In this document: in pieces, positions 21,150 through 31,114 of the stretch
How positions within the stretch are numbered: position 1 is the stretch's first letter
Layout: the number at the start of each line of letters is the position of its first letter
DNA from: an uncultured delta proteobacterium
Lineage (GTDB): Bacteria; Myxococcota_A; Polyangia; Polyangiales; Polyangiaceae
Reading direction: 5' to 3'
DNA length: 64,000 nucleotides
NCBI GenBank assembly: GCA_963850305.1
Contig: CAWKKR010000008.1
Coordinates: 768,001 to 832,000, forward strand
Translations under genes and position numbers: made by a program
Notes under the pieces: model-generated
What the model was told of the DNA's origin: nothing
The model's input: only the letters and a program-made list of their open reading frames with translations
Databases searched by the model: none

Positions 21150-22520
21150 CTACTGACATTCGTATGGACCGCACAGGATCAGCAAACAGGACTGCTTGCA
21201 AGAGCCGCTCGTGCAGTCCGTGCCCGTCGAGCAGCCTTTGCCTTTTGCACACTTGGCGCAGAGCGCACCGCCGCAGTCGGTGTCCGTCTCGTCGCCGTCT
21301 TTCTTGCCGTCGGTGCAATGCGTCCCGCACTGATTCGCGACGCCCCCGCCAGCGCAGGTCGCCGGCGCCGTGCAGCCCGGGCAAGTCAGCGTGCCGCCGC
21401 ACTTGTCGGAGATGGAACCGCACTCGTTGGCGATGCACTGGGTGAGCGGCGTGCAGCCGCAGATCCCCTCGTTACAAGGTCCGCTCGAGCAATCCGACGT
21501 CGCGGAGCACTTCTTCCCGGGTGCGCAAGTGGCGCCGCAGTTGCCGCCGCAATCCACGTCCGTCTCCGCGGCATTCTGCACGCCGTCCGAGCACGTCGCG
21601 GACTGACACGTGGACTTGGCATTAAAACCCGTCCCCTTCTTGCAGACGTCGCTCGCGCAATCGGTCCCAGCGCCGCAATCCTTGCCGTCCGAGCATTTGC
21701 TACAGACGCCTCCGCCGCAATCCACGTCGGTCTCCGAGCCATCCTTCGTGCCGTCCGAGCAGGTGCTCGGAGGGCCGCCGCCTGCGCCCGTCGTGCCGCC
21801 TGAACCCGTCGTGCCGCCTGAACCCGTCGTGCCGCCTGAACCCGTCGTGCCGCCTGAACCCGTCGTGCCGCCTGCGCCCGTCGTGCCGCCTGCGCTTGTC
21901 GTGCCGCCCGTCGCTGTCGCACCACCTGCGCCCGTCGCGCCGCCTGCGCTTGCCGTGCCCCCCGTGGCTGTAGTACCGCCCGCGCCCGTCGTGATCTCGA
22001 CGCACGTGGACCCCGATGGTTCGTATCCCGAATAACAACCGAACCCGCAAACGCCGCCCGCGCACTCCGGGTAACCGTTTTCGACCGTCGGACACGCGAC
22101 GCAGTGTCCGAGATCGCATCCGTTCGCTGGGCTCGGCGCCACGCACTCTCCCTGGCACTGCTTCTGCGTGGGGTCTGCGCACTCTCCGGCGACGGACCCG
22201 TCGGGCCCGGCGTCCCGAGCTCCCGCGGTGCCCGCTTCCAGACTCTGCAACGCACCGCCCGACGACGCGTCGCTGACGCCGCCCGCTTCGGTTCCTCCCC
22301 CGCCCTGCGTACCTTCGCCGCCCGCGCCCCCACTCGCGCCTACACCGGATCCACCCGTCGCTCCGGAAGCACCGCCCGAAATCACGCCGCCCTCGTCATG
22401 GCGCGCGCCGACGCCGGCATCGCCAAGAGCGCTGATCTTGCCTCCCACCGTCTCCCCGGTCGCGCACCCGACATACGGGGCGACGACGAAGAGCGCAAGA
22501 AACAAGCGTGATCTACGCAT
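21150..22520 (-). CDS. Cys-rich lipoprotein with ETDVDCGG repeats and Gly/Thr linker
   Basis: Lipobox-like YVGC, three CxDGxxx(G/A)xETDxDCGG modules, GGTTGS linker repeats. Confidence 0.85.
   Translation of the reverse strand: MRRSRLFLALFVVAPYVGCATGETVGGKISALGDAGVGARHDEGGVISGGASGATGGSGVGASGGAGGEGTQGGGGTEAGGVSDASSGGALQSLEAGTAGARDAGPDGSVAGECADPTQKQCQGECVAPSPANGCDLGHCVACPTVENGYPECAGGVCGFGCYSGYEPSGSTCVEITTGAGGTTATGGTASAGGATGAGGATATGGTTSAGGTTGAGGTTGSGGTTGSGGTTGSGGTTGSGGTTGAGGGPPSTCSDGTKDGSETDVDCGGGVCSKCSDGKDCGAGTDCASDVCKKGTGFNAKSTCQSATCSDGVQNAAETDVDCGGNCGATCAPGKKCSATSDCSSGPCNEGICGCTPLTQCIANECGSISDKCGGTLTCPGCTAPATCAGGGVANQCGTHCTDGKKDGDETDTDCGGALCAKCAKGKGCSTGTDCTSGSCKQSCLLILCGPYECQ
21783..21990. 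repeat. 18-bp coding tandem repeat (GGTTGS/GGTTGA linker)
   Basis: CCCGTCGTGCCGCCTGAA repeated, degenerating outward. Confidence 0.85.
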
Positions 22521-22665
22521 GAACCTTTACGATATCACAGGGGGGCGCGGGTGCGCCGCTCGGTTCGAGGACGCGACGTCGCGTCACTCCTCCATGGTCC
22601 ATGGTCCATGGTCACCGACCAGCTCCGAGATCAGGCAGCCGCCCGCGATCCTCGGGTTCGTTCGT

Positions 22666-23421
22666 TCAGGGTCGGACCTCGACGCGAGCGCGCGTCGCGA
22701 CGAGGGCACCGTCTTTGACGAGCGCGAAATCGAGACTGCGCTCGCGCCCGGGCGTTCGCCACGTACGCGCGGCCACTGCGTCTCCCGTTCGCAACTCGTG
22801 AGAGTACTCCACGGTGAACCGGCGCACGGTGCCGTCCCACGTGCCCTTACCGTAGACGCCCGCGCGCGCCGAGAGCAGCCGAGCATCTTCGACGAAGTCG
22901 GCGTAGCGCGCGTGGTTCACGTGCTGCTGCAAGTCGTGATCGCTCGGCCGCACGTGGACGGGCGACTCCGACGCGAAGGCGGGTACGTCGCCGTCGAGAC
23001 GCTCGACGGCCAGAGCTTCTCGTTCGAGGAGGTACGCAGCAGCGCCGTCCTTGATCGCAGCGGGACGTCGCGCGTCGTCGAGGGCCACGATCGTCGCCGC
23101 ACTCTTTGCGACTACATCGCCGTCGCGGGTGCGCACGATGTCGTGCGAGAAGCTCATGCTCGTTCGCCCGAGGCGGCTCATCCACATGGAGAGCTCGAGC
23201 TCTTCGTCGAAGCCGACGTATTCGTAAACTTCGAGCGTCTGGGACCGCACGACCCCCATGGCCCAGAACTGACGAAGCGGCAGCTTTTGCGAGGTCGAAA
23301 TGGTCCGCCACCGGATGTGTTCCAGATACTTCAGGTACTGCGACGGCGGTATGGAGCCCGACGCCGACAGCTCGTAGCCGCGTGTCACCAGGCGAAGGCG
23401 CTCGATCTTGTCGTCATCCAT
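22666..23421 (-). CDS. Double hot-dog acyl-CoA/acyl-ACP thioesterase
   Basis: RLGRTSMSFSHDI and VRPSDHDLQQHVNHARYADFVE motifs. Confidence 0.85.
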   Translation of the reverse strand: MDDDKIERLRLVTRGYELSASGSIPPSQYLKYLEHIRWRTISTSQKLPLRQFWAMGVVRSQTLEVYEYVGFDEELELSMWMSRLGRTSMSFSHDIVRTRDGDVVAKSAATIVALDDARRPAAIKDGAAAYLLEREALAVERLDGDVPAFASESPVHVRPSDHDLQQHVNHARYADFVEDARLLSARAGVYGKGTWDGTVRRFTVEYSHELRTGDAVAARTWRTPGRERSLDFALVKDGALVATRARVEVRP

Positions 23422-23535
23422 TGGATCCGGCAAGCGCCTGTCCTACCACGTGGCGTTACCCCGTTCCCAGGGGTCCCATCGATAAGCCCCGAGCATGGCC
23501 CGTCGAGGGTCGCGTGCTACGTTACTCAGTTCAGA

Positions 23536-24183
23536 ATGGCGCTCCCTTCGCAGAAAGGCACTTCGTTTCTCCCGGTGGTGGAGGCGCTCAAGCAACGGCC
23601 GGACTGCCGCAAGCTCGTTCCGGAACCCCTCTGGAAGTACTTCGACCAGCACATGCTGGTCTCGGGCTGGTATCCCGAGCGCGACTACTGGGTCTTCATC
23701 GAGGCACTGGTGAAGGTGCTCGAGCGAGAGACGCGGAGCGACGTCTGGCGTTACTTCGCCAAGTTCAGCGCCGAGCGGGACATCGGCGGCAAGGCAACCA
23801 CGGGCGCCGGGAGCAAGGCGACCGTCGGGGTCTACAAGACGTACGCGACCGGGGACGCGAGCGATCCCGAGAAGTTCTTCCGTCGGGCGCAGAAACTCTG
23901 GAGCCAGTATCACGACACGGGAACGATGGAGCTCGCAGGCGGCCGCATCGCCACGAACAGCGTATTTCTACGCCTCGTCGCCTTCCAGATCCCGATCGAT
24001 GGATTCGTGCGCCTGCAGGGTTACTACCTCGAAGAGTTCGGAAAGCTCATCGGGCTCGACGTGGACAGCAAGGTGCTTCGCAGCACGGCGCAGGGCCATC
24101 CATTTTGCGAATGGGAATGCATCCTCGGCCGCAGCGAACAGACAGAAGCGTTCGTGGCGTCCCTGCCCCAGCTCACGCGCTGA
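23536..24183 (+). CDS. Myxobacterial conserved protein (DUF2378/TIGR02265-like)
   Basis: KGTSF...LVSGWYP...LWSQYHDTG...GHPFCEW pattern; coherent protein from ATG 23536. Confidence 0.65.
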   Translation: MALPSQKGTSFLPVVEALKQRPDCRKLVPEPLWKYFDQHMLVSGWYPERDYWVFIEALVKVLERETRSDVWRYFAKFSAERDIGGKATTGAGSKATVGVYKTYATGDASDPEKFFRRAQKLWSQYHDTGTMELAGGRIATNSVFLRLVAFQIPIDGFVRLQGYYLEEFGKLIGLDVDSKVLRSTAQGHPFCEWECILGRSEQTEAFVASLPQLTR

Positions 24184-24204
24184 CCCGCATCCGGCACGTG
24201 CCCC

Positions 24205-26151
24205 TCACACGCTCGACGAGAGCCGGTCGAGAAGAGCGATGCGACCTCGGAGGCGCGCGCCGTCCTCCGTGTCGCCGACGCGACGGGGCGACTCCCAGCG
24301 ACGGATCACGCTGACCGCCGGAATGATATCGACCCCGTCGCGGACCGCCGCTTCCACGGAATCGAAGTGGTGATGCATCGCGAGCGACGTCCCGTCGGCG
24401 TCGATGACCAGCGTGTAACCATGGTCGCCGTACGCTTCCGAGAACGCGCCGTCGATCGTCACGGCCTTGCCGCTCCTCTTGACCGGACTCTCGCCCTTCT
24501 CGATCTTCACCGGGACGTGCCCGTTGACGATGAGCCCATGCTCGGGGTCCACGCCGAACTCCGCCAGGATCCGGTCGCAAAAGGGCGCGTCGTGAATCAG
24601 GGTGAAGTACGCGTTCTTGTGCTCCTCGTATGTCTGCGTGTCGGCAACGAAATCGCGCTCGAACGTCGTGATCCGGTCCTTGCCGAAGAGCGGCGAGCGG
24701 GGTCCGCACCAGAGATACCAGAGCAGATCGAGCCTCGCTTCGGTCGGGTGCTCCAGGCTCTGCGCGACCTCGCCCTTCAGTGCGTCGAACAGCGCGCGTC
24801 CCGAGAGCGCGACGCCGCCCACGGGCATCGACAGAAATTCTCCACCGTCGTCGACCGGCACGCACCCGTGAAACACGAGGTGCCGATCGCGGACGAGGTG
24901 AAGCCCTCCGTTTCGAACCATGAACCGGATGTGTTCCCAGAGCTTGCTGCTTCCGAGGAACGAGCGGCGGATGCGCTCCATGCACGCCTCCTCCGCGGCC
25001 GAGAGGCGATACGGCTCGGAAGGGTCCAGCGTCGGAAGGTGCGAGTCCTTCAGCGAGCGGACCGTCCCGTCAATCTCCACGGTGCCCGCGCGCAGATCCA
25101 TTCGACCGAGCAGCCGCCGATGCTCGAGCTCGTACTCCGGGTGGCGCTGGATGAGCTGTCCCTCGAGCTTGTGCTGAAGGATCGCGGCGGCCTTGTGCAT
25201 GCGCGCCATCTGCAAGTCGTCTCGGAGCCCCTTGCCCCGCGTGTGAAAGTGCTCCGCCGGGTCGTTCGCATAGACGTCGCGCGCCAGCTTCTCGAGCGGC
25301 TGGAGCGTGATGCCGTAACCCTCCTCGAGCTGAGAGAGGCGCCGGTAGCGCAGCGAGATCCGGAGCACGTGCGCGATCAGCGCCGGACACCCGAGCGCGG
25401 CGCCGATCCAGGCGACGTCGTGGTTCCCCCACGTGAACGCGACCTTCGGCTGCTGGAGCAAATACTCCACCACGCGATCGCCGCGCGGTCCCCGGTCCCA
25501 GCAATCTCCTGCAATGACGATCTCCGTCACGGCAAGGTTGCGTAGCGCGCGCGCAACCACGCGGATGACTCGCCCATCGTGACCGGATCTCGACAGCGAC
25601 CCGACGATTGCGTCCACGTACTCGCCCCCCCGCTCGGCCGTCGCATCGGAGAGAAGCTCGCGCAGGAGTCCCCGGTACTCGTCCGGCAAGACGCGCTCGA
25701 CGTGTTCGAAGGATGAGTGCCGCGCGAGTGCGCGCGTGACCTCCAGCAGATCGAGGAGCACCTTACGAAACCAGGCCGCCCGCTGCGCCGGGTCCGGGCG
25801 CGCGACCAGACCGCGCTCGAGCGACTCATGCGGATAGAAGATCAGCGTGAGTAACTCGCGCAGCTCCGCCGGCGTCCGGCGCGCCGCGAACAGCCGCTCG
25901 ACGACGGGGCGGAGCGTGCCCGAGGCGTTGTTGATGACGTGGCGCAGCTTGCCGTCCTCGCCGTGAATGTCGCTGAGCACGTGGACCGCGCCCTTCCGCC
26001 GCGCGAGCTCGCCCCGGAGCCGCGCGGCCTCGGCGGCGGCGTATTCCGTGCCCGGGTAGTGTTCTCGCAGGAGCTCGAGGGCGACGGTTTCGGCGTCGGA
26101 GCCGGACGTGTGAGAGGTCGAGCGTGCCTCGGGCGGGGAAGACTCGCTCAT
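24205..26151 (-). CDS. fbp: Fructose-1,6-bisphosphatase class III
   Basis: LSDIHGE, INNASG, GDCWDRGP, WGNHD, LEEGYGI, WYLWCGPRSPLFGKDRITTFER, NGHVPVK, IDGAFSEAY. Confidence 0.92.
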   Translation of the reverse strand: MSESSPPEARSTSHTSGSDAETVALELLREHYPGTEYAAAEAARLRGELARRKGAVHVLSDIHGEDGKLRHVINNASGTLRPVVERLFAARRTPAELRELLTLIFYPHESLERGLVARPDPAQRAAWFRKVLLDLLEVTRALARHSSFEHVERVLPDEYRGLLRELLSDATAERGGEYVDAIVGSLSRSGHDGRVIRVVARALRNLAVTEIVIAGDCWDRGPRGDRVVEYLLQQPKVAFTWGNHDVAWIGAALGCPALIAHVLRISLRYRRLSQLEEGYGITLQPLEKLARDVYANDPAEHFHTRGKGLRDDLQMARMHKAAAILQHKLEGQLIQRHPEYELEHRRLLGRMDLRAGTVEIDGTVRSLKDSHLPTLDPSEPYRLSAAEEACMERIRRSFLGSSKLWEHIRFMVRNGGLHLVRDRHLVFHGCVPVDDGGEFLSMPVGGVALSGRALFDALKGEVAQSLEHPTEARLDLLWYLWCGPRSPLFGKDRITTFERDFVADTQTYEEHKNAYFTLIHDAPFCDRILAEFGVDPEHGLIVNGHVPVKIEKGESPVKRSGKAVTIDGAFSEAYGDHGYTLVIDADGTSLAMHHHFDSVEAAVRDGVDIIPAVSVIRRWESPRRVGDTEDGARLRGRIALLDRLSSSV

Positions 26152-26293
26152 GGTGGACACATCATCTCCGGCGCTGAGACCAGTCGCAAGGAGGTGAGCC
26201 GGGGGTGCCCCCTCCTCGCACGGACGGGGAGCGGGAGTGTATCCAGTCTGGAGAGTCATAATTCCGGGCTTCCGGCCCCACCAACTCTTCACG

Positions 26294-27238
26294 ATGAAGC
26301 TCATTTTCGGTCTTGGTGACGTGCGCCGCGCGCTCGGCGTCGGCCTGCGCTTGGCTCTGACGATTCCAGTGCTCGCCGGCGCGTCGTGCTCCTCGTCGAG
26401 CACGGGTTCGGGGATAGCCGGCGGAACCGGCCCCTGCTCCGCGGCGAGCTGCCCGCTCGGGTGCACCGCGACGCTCGGCTGCCTCGAGTGCGTCTCGAAT
26501 ACGCAGTGCGTCGGGAAGCGCGGCGCGGTCTGCTTTCAAGGTCAGTGTGATGGCTGCGGCACGAACGCCGATTGCTCGACGGGCCAAGCCTGCTTCCCGA
26601 GCGATCGCCAGTGCCACCCGCAGTGCCAGGCGGATTCGAACTGTACGCCGGGCGCGCCCTTCTGCGACCCGACCACCAATGCCTGCGTGGGGTGTCGCAC
26701 TGCGGCCGATTGCGGCGGCGCGCAGCCCGTCTGTGAGCCGACCTTCGGGCGCTGCTCGCAATGCGCCGTGAACACGGACTGCGGCGCCGCTGCTCCGGTC
26801 TGCGCCGTGCAGCTCGCCGCGTGCGTCCAGTGCCTCGCGGACGTGAGCTGCCCCGCGGGCTCCACGTGCGGCGGCGATCATCGCTGTCACGCGGGCTGCC
26901 ACTCGAACCTGGACTGCCACGACGGCGACACGCCCGTCTGCAACGTGGTGACGGGCGAGTGCATCGGTTGTGCGAGCGCCGCGGATTGTCATGCGCCGAA
27001 TGCCCTCTGTGACCAGGACGGCCAGTGCGTCGAGTGCATCACCGACGCCAACTGCGCAACCACTCCGAGCACGCCCGTCTGCGGCGGGGGCCAGTGCGTC
27101 GAGTGCACGTCCGACGCCAACTGCACCATCGATCCCTTGCGCACGATGTGCCGCGGGCAAGTGTGCATTCAATGCAAGAACGACCACGACTGCAGCGGCG
27201 CGACGCCGCGGTGCCAGGCCGGCGTCTGCGGCGCGTGA
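26294..27238 (+). CDS. Cys-rich repeat lipoprotein
   Basis: Signal ending in LAGASC, then about ten CVxCxxxADC-type repeats. Confidence 0.85.
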   Translation: MKLIFGLGDVRRALGVGLRLALTIPVLAGASCSSSSTGSGIAGGTGPCSAASCPLGCTATLGCLECVSNTQCVGKRGAVCFQGQCDGCGTNADCSTGQACFPSDRQCHPQCQADSNCTPGAPFCDPTTNACVGCRTAADCGGAQPVCEPTFGRCSQCAVNTDCGAAAPVCAVQLAACVQCLADVSCPAGSTCGGDHRCHAGCHSNLDCHDGDTPVCNVVTGECIGCASAADCHAPNALCDQDGQCVECITDANCATTPSTPVCGGGQCVECTSDANCTIDPLRTMCRGQVCIQCKNDHDCSGATPRCQAGVCGA

Positions 27239-27341
27239 TCGGTGCGAAACACGTTCTGCCCACGCCTCGTTCGGCCTGGAAGCCACCCGGACTCGCCCTC
27301 GCCCTTCCGCCCGCCAACGTCGCGGCCGCATACTCCCCCGC

Positions 27342-27920
27342 ATGAGCGACCTCCCCTGCGCCTGGGCTCCCGCCGATGACATCCTTTATCGTGGCTATCA
27401 CGACGAGGAGTGGGGCGTTCCCGAGCGAAACTCGCGGGCCCTCTGGGAGAAGTTCCAGCTCGACGGCTTCCAGGCCGGCCTTTCGTGGATCATCGTGCTC
27501 CGCAAGCGCGCGGCCATGCGCAAGGAATTCGACGCCTTCGACCCCGAGACGATCGCGCGCTGGAACGAGCGACGCATCGCTAAGGCTCTGGGCAACGCAG
27601 CCATCATCCGCAGCCCGACGAAGATCCGCGCGATGATCGGCAATGCGCGCGTGTACCTCGACATGAAGTCATCCGGAGTCGACTTCGCCGAGTACCTCTG
27701 GGACTTCGTGGACGGCATCCCCGTCGTCTCGAGGCTCGACAGCTGGAGAAAGGTGAAACCCAAAACTCTGCTCTCCGAAACCATCTCCAAGGACATGAAG
27801 AAGCGCGGCTTCAAATTCTGCGGCCCGACCATCGTCTACGCGACGATGCAGGCCGTGGGGCTCGTGAACGATCACGAGGTCCGCTGTCCACGCTTCAAGG
27901 CGGTGCAAAAGCTCGTTTGA
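27342..27920 (+). CDS. tag: DNA-3-methyladenine glycosylase I
   Basis: YHDEEWGVP, FQAGLSW, MKKRGFKFCGPTIVYATMQAVGLVNDH. Confidence 0.96.
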   Translation: MSDLPCAWAPADDILYRGYHDEEWGVPERNSRALWEKFQLDGFQAGLSWIIVLRKRAAMRKEFDAFDPETIARWNERRIAKALGNAAIIRSPTKIRAMIGNARVYLDMKSSGVDFAEYLWDFVDGIPVVSRLDSWRKVKPKTLLSETISKDMKKRGFKFCGPTIVYATMQAVGLVNDHEVRCPRFKAVQKLV

Positions 27921-27962
27921 GCCGCGCCGAAAGCTCACTGCAGGCCGTGCTACAGACACCCC

Positions 27963-29312
27963 ATGCAGTCAGATGCGTTCGTCTTCTTCGGTGCCACGGG
28001 CGATCTCGCCTACAAGAAGATCTTCCCAGCCCTCGAGTCGATGGTCCGGCGCGGTCGTCTCGACATACCGATCATCGGCGTCGCCAAGCAGGGCTGGAAC
28101 CTGGACCAGCTTCGAGAGCGCGCCCGCGCCAGCGTGAACGAACACGGCGGCATCGACGAAGCCGTATTTGCGAAGTTGAGCGGGCTCTTGCGCTACGTCG
28201 ATGGAGACTACAACGACCGCGCCACGTTCGACCAGCTCCGGCGCGCGATGGGTGACGCGCACGCGCCCATTCATTACCTGGCCATTCCGCCCGCGATGTT
28301 TCCGGTGGTCGTGGAGCACCTCGCTGGCTCGGGCTGCGCAAAAGGGGCCCGGGTGATCGTCGAGAAGCCGTTCGGACGAGACCTGGCGTCCGCCAAGGCC
28401 CTCAACAAGACGCTCCACGCCGTGTTCGAGGAACCGAGCATCTTTCGCATCGACCACTATCTCGGCAAGGAGGCCGTGCTGAATCTGGAGTTCTTTCGGT
28501 TCGCGAACGCGTTCCTCGAGCCCATCTGGAACCGCCACTACGTCAAGAGCGTCCAGATCACGATGGCAGAACAGTTCGGCATCAAAGGGCGCGGGGCGTT
28601 CTACGAGCAGGCCGGCGCCATCCGGGACGTGATCCAGAACCACATGATGCAAGTCGTCGGCATGCTGGCCATGGAGCCACCGGCTGTCGCCTACCGGGAA
28701 TCCATTCGCGACGAGCAGACCAAGGTGCTCCGTCAGATCAAGCCACTCGAGCCGAGCGACGTCGTGCGGGGACAGTTCACGGGGTACCGGCACGAGCCCG
28801 GCGTCGCCGCCGCGTCTCAGGTCGAGACGTTCGCGGCCCTCAAGCTCGAGGTCGATTCATGGCGCTGGGACGGGGTCCCGTTCTTCATCCGCGCCGGCAA
28901 GTGTCTGCCGACCACGGCCACCGAGGTCGTCGTGCAGCTGAAGCGCCCGCCGCTGGCCGCCATCTCCGCAGGCCTGACGAACTACGTGCGCTTTCGTCTG
29001 ACCCCCGACGTGGCCATCGCCCTCGGGGTTCACGTCAAAAAGCCGGGAGAAGAGATGCTCGGTGAACAGACGGAGCTCGCGTTCGCACACTACCCCGCTG
29101 CCGGCGAGATGGACGCTTACGAACGCCTCCTGGGTGACGCCATGAACGGCGACGCCACCCTGTTCGCGCGCGAAGACACCGTCGAAGCCGCCTGGGCCAT
29201 CATGGACCCGATTCTCGGCAACGTCGTCCCCGTTCACGAATACGAGCCGGGAACCTGGGGCCCCGTCGAAGCCGAGCGTCTCACCGACGACCTGGTCCGT
29301 CCCGTCCATTGA
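27963..29312 (+). CDS. zwf: Glucose-6-phosphate 1-dehydrogenase
   Basis: [44 protein letters not shown]. Confidence 0.97.
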   Translation: MQSDAFVFFGATGDLAYKKIFPALESMVRRGRLDIPIIGVAKQGWNLDQLRERARASVNEHGGIDEAVFAKLSGLLRYVDGDYNDRATFDQLRRAMGDAHAPIHYLAIPPAMFPVVVEHLAGSGCAKGARVIVEKPFGRDLASAKALNKTLHAVFEEPSIFRIDHYLGKEAVLNLEFFRFANAFLEPIWNRHYVKSVQITMAEQFGIKGRGAFYEQAGAIRDVIQNHMMQVVGMLAMEPPAVAYRESIRDEQTKVLRQIKPLEPSDVVRGQFTGYRHEPGVAAASQVETFAALKLEVDSWRWDGVPFFIRAGKCLPTTATEVVVQLKRPPLAAISAGLTNYVRFRLTPDVAIALGVHVKKPGEEMLGEQTELAFAHYPAAGEMDAYERLLGDAMNGDATLFAREDTVEAAWAIMDPILGNVVPVHEYEPGTWGPVEAERLTDDLVRPVH

Positions 29313-29505
29313 GACGGCCGTCACCTGCTCTCGTTCGACGGACGCATCGCGCAACGGGAACCGTGTCGACGCCTGGCCGCAGCTGCAACAGGGCCATCCC
29401 GACGGCCGGCAGCAGGGGCCGCGCGACTGAGCAACGTCCGGCTCACGCCGAGCAACGTCCGGCTCTGAGCGACCAAGAGACGTGCGTTGATGGGTCGGTG
29501 GCGCC

Positions 29506-29945
29506 CTAGGCAAGGGGCCTTGCCTGCCTTGACCCCCGCGGCTCGCTCCGCGACCGCTCCCCCGCCGCCTTCGGCGGGCTCGTGCTCGCAAGGGGGTCTT
29601 GACCCCCGCGGCTCGCTCCGCGACCGCTCCCCCGCCGCCTTCGGCGGGCTCGTGCTCGCAAGGGGGTCTTGACCCCCGCGGCTCGCTCCGCGACCGCTCC
29701 CCCGCCGCCTTCGGCGGGCTCGTGCTCGCAAGGGGGTCTTGACCCCCGCGGCTCGCTCCGCGACCGCTCCCCCGCCGCCTTCGGCGGGCTCGTGCTCGCA
29801 AGGGGGTCTTGACCCCCGCGGCTCGCTCCGCGACCGCTCCCCCGCCGCCTTCGGCGGGCTCGTGCTCGCAAGGGGGTCTTGACCCCCGCGGCTCGCTCCG
29901 CGACCGCTCCCCCGCCGCCTTCGGCGGGCTCGCTGCGCTCGCTAG
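29506..29945. repeat. Structured repeat element 2: leader, 5 full identical 70-bp units plus 1 partial, trailer; flanked by CTAG...CTAG
   Basis: Units start at 29534, 29604, 29674, 29744, 29814, 29884; same family as 19093-19655. Confidence 0.97.
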
Positions 29946-30971
29946 AAACCGATGTCGCCGAAGAAGGAGCCGCCGAAGGCGACGGTCGGCGTTTCGTTGC
30001 CGATGACGTAGAGAAGCGACGTCGAAAACTCGAGGCCGGTCGTCCAGGCGTCGGAGCGGGCATCGTACTTCGGCGATGGGGGCGGCGGCGGTAGGAGCAA
30101 GAAGCGCAGGCCAGCTCGCGGGCCATGAACGGTGGCTTCGACCGCCTCGTTCGTGCTTGGATCGGTCCCGAAGGTCCAGGCCTCGAGCTCATAGCCAAGC
30201 TCGAGCCCCGTCGCGAAACGCCGGATGACGAGCAACGGCGAGTCCACCCGCGCACCGATTTCCAGGACGCCCCCGGATTCGGCTCCCGTGGTCGGGTTAC
30301 GCGGACCGGCGGCGACCCCGGCGCCAAACTCGAGCCCGAGTCGCACGGGCCCGGCAAAGCCTCCGAATCGAAATCGGAGCGACGACGGTCGCACCGACAT
30401 TCTCGAGGCGATGTTTCGGCACCTCGACCCGGACCTCGGCACCAAACCACCAACCGGGTCGCTGGCGCCATTCGACCGTGTCGCCGCCCGCAACGAGCAG
30501 GGGAAGCCGCAGGCAAGAGCTCGTCGCGGGACTCGTGCCCGCGAATCTCGCGACCGGGACGTCGAGCACCGTCGGGCGCACGAGCAGCAGACCCTCGCGA
30601 TCGATGTTCGCGTTGGTGAACGACGCCGTCAGGACACCGTGCGTGCCGGGATCGAGCCGGGTGAGACGATCCGTCAACCCCGTGGCCCACCCGTTCGCTC
30701 CTTCGCCGCTCGAGCATTCCGGTTGCTCGGGACTCGTCAGACGCGGGCGCCCGAACGCGACGTCGAGGTCGCGCGCGTGGACGTCGGCACTGGTGACGGT
30801 GAACATCAGCGCGCGCGAGATAGCCTTCGCCTGGAGCTCGGCGCCGGCTGTCTTCGCCTTCAACGGACTGACCGGCTCGTACCAGCGAGCGCTCGGGATG
30901 CAGCCAGCAAACAGGAGCGATACGAGCGCCGCGAGGAACCGAGATGCATTGCTCTTGCTCGACGGACGCAT
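29942..30971 (-). CDS. Hypothetical lipoprotein with beta-rich C-terminus, frameshift near 30380
   Basis: Lipobox-like LLFAGC; ORFs 30297-30971 and 29942-30493 join; ends in ...FFGDIGF. Confidence 0.6.
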
Positions 30972-31114
30972 CGCGAAACCGCGACGGTATCGACACCCCG
31001 CAGCGACTGCAACGGGGCACCGCCACCGCTAAGCCCGCCCGTGCAGCGCGCCGCGCATGGGACCACCACTCGTTTTTCGTGATCCGTCCGGAGCTTCGAA
31101 GGCATTAACCAGGA

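Larger units (their letters stand above)
19656..21152 (-). mobile_element. IS110-family element, copy 1 (~1.5 kb), with CTA/TAG core at both ends
   Basis: Transposase plus 250-bp upstream non-coding region; junctions GGAA|CTACTAGGAAGCT and GGGCAT|CTACTGAC; nearly identical to the copy at 62550. Confidence 0.9.

Noticed and set aside
22168..23535. N-terminal 450 aa of ORF 22168-24183
   Set aside because: Antisense to the lipoprotein and thioesterase genes; the real protein starts at ATG 23536
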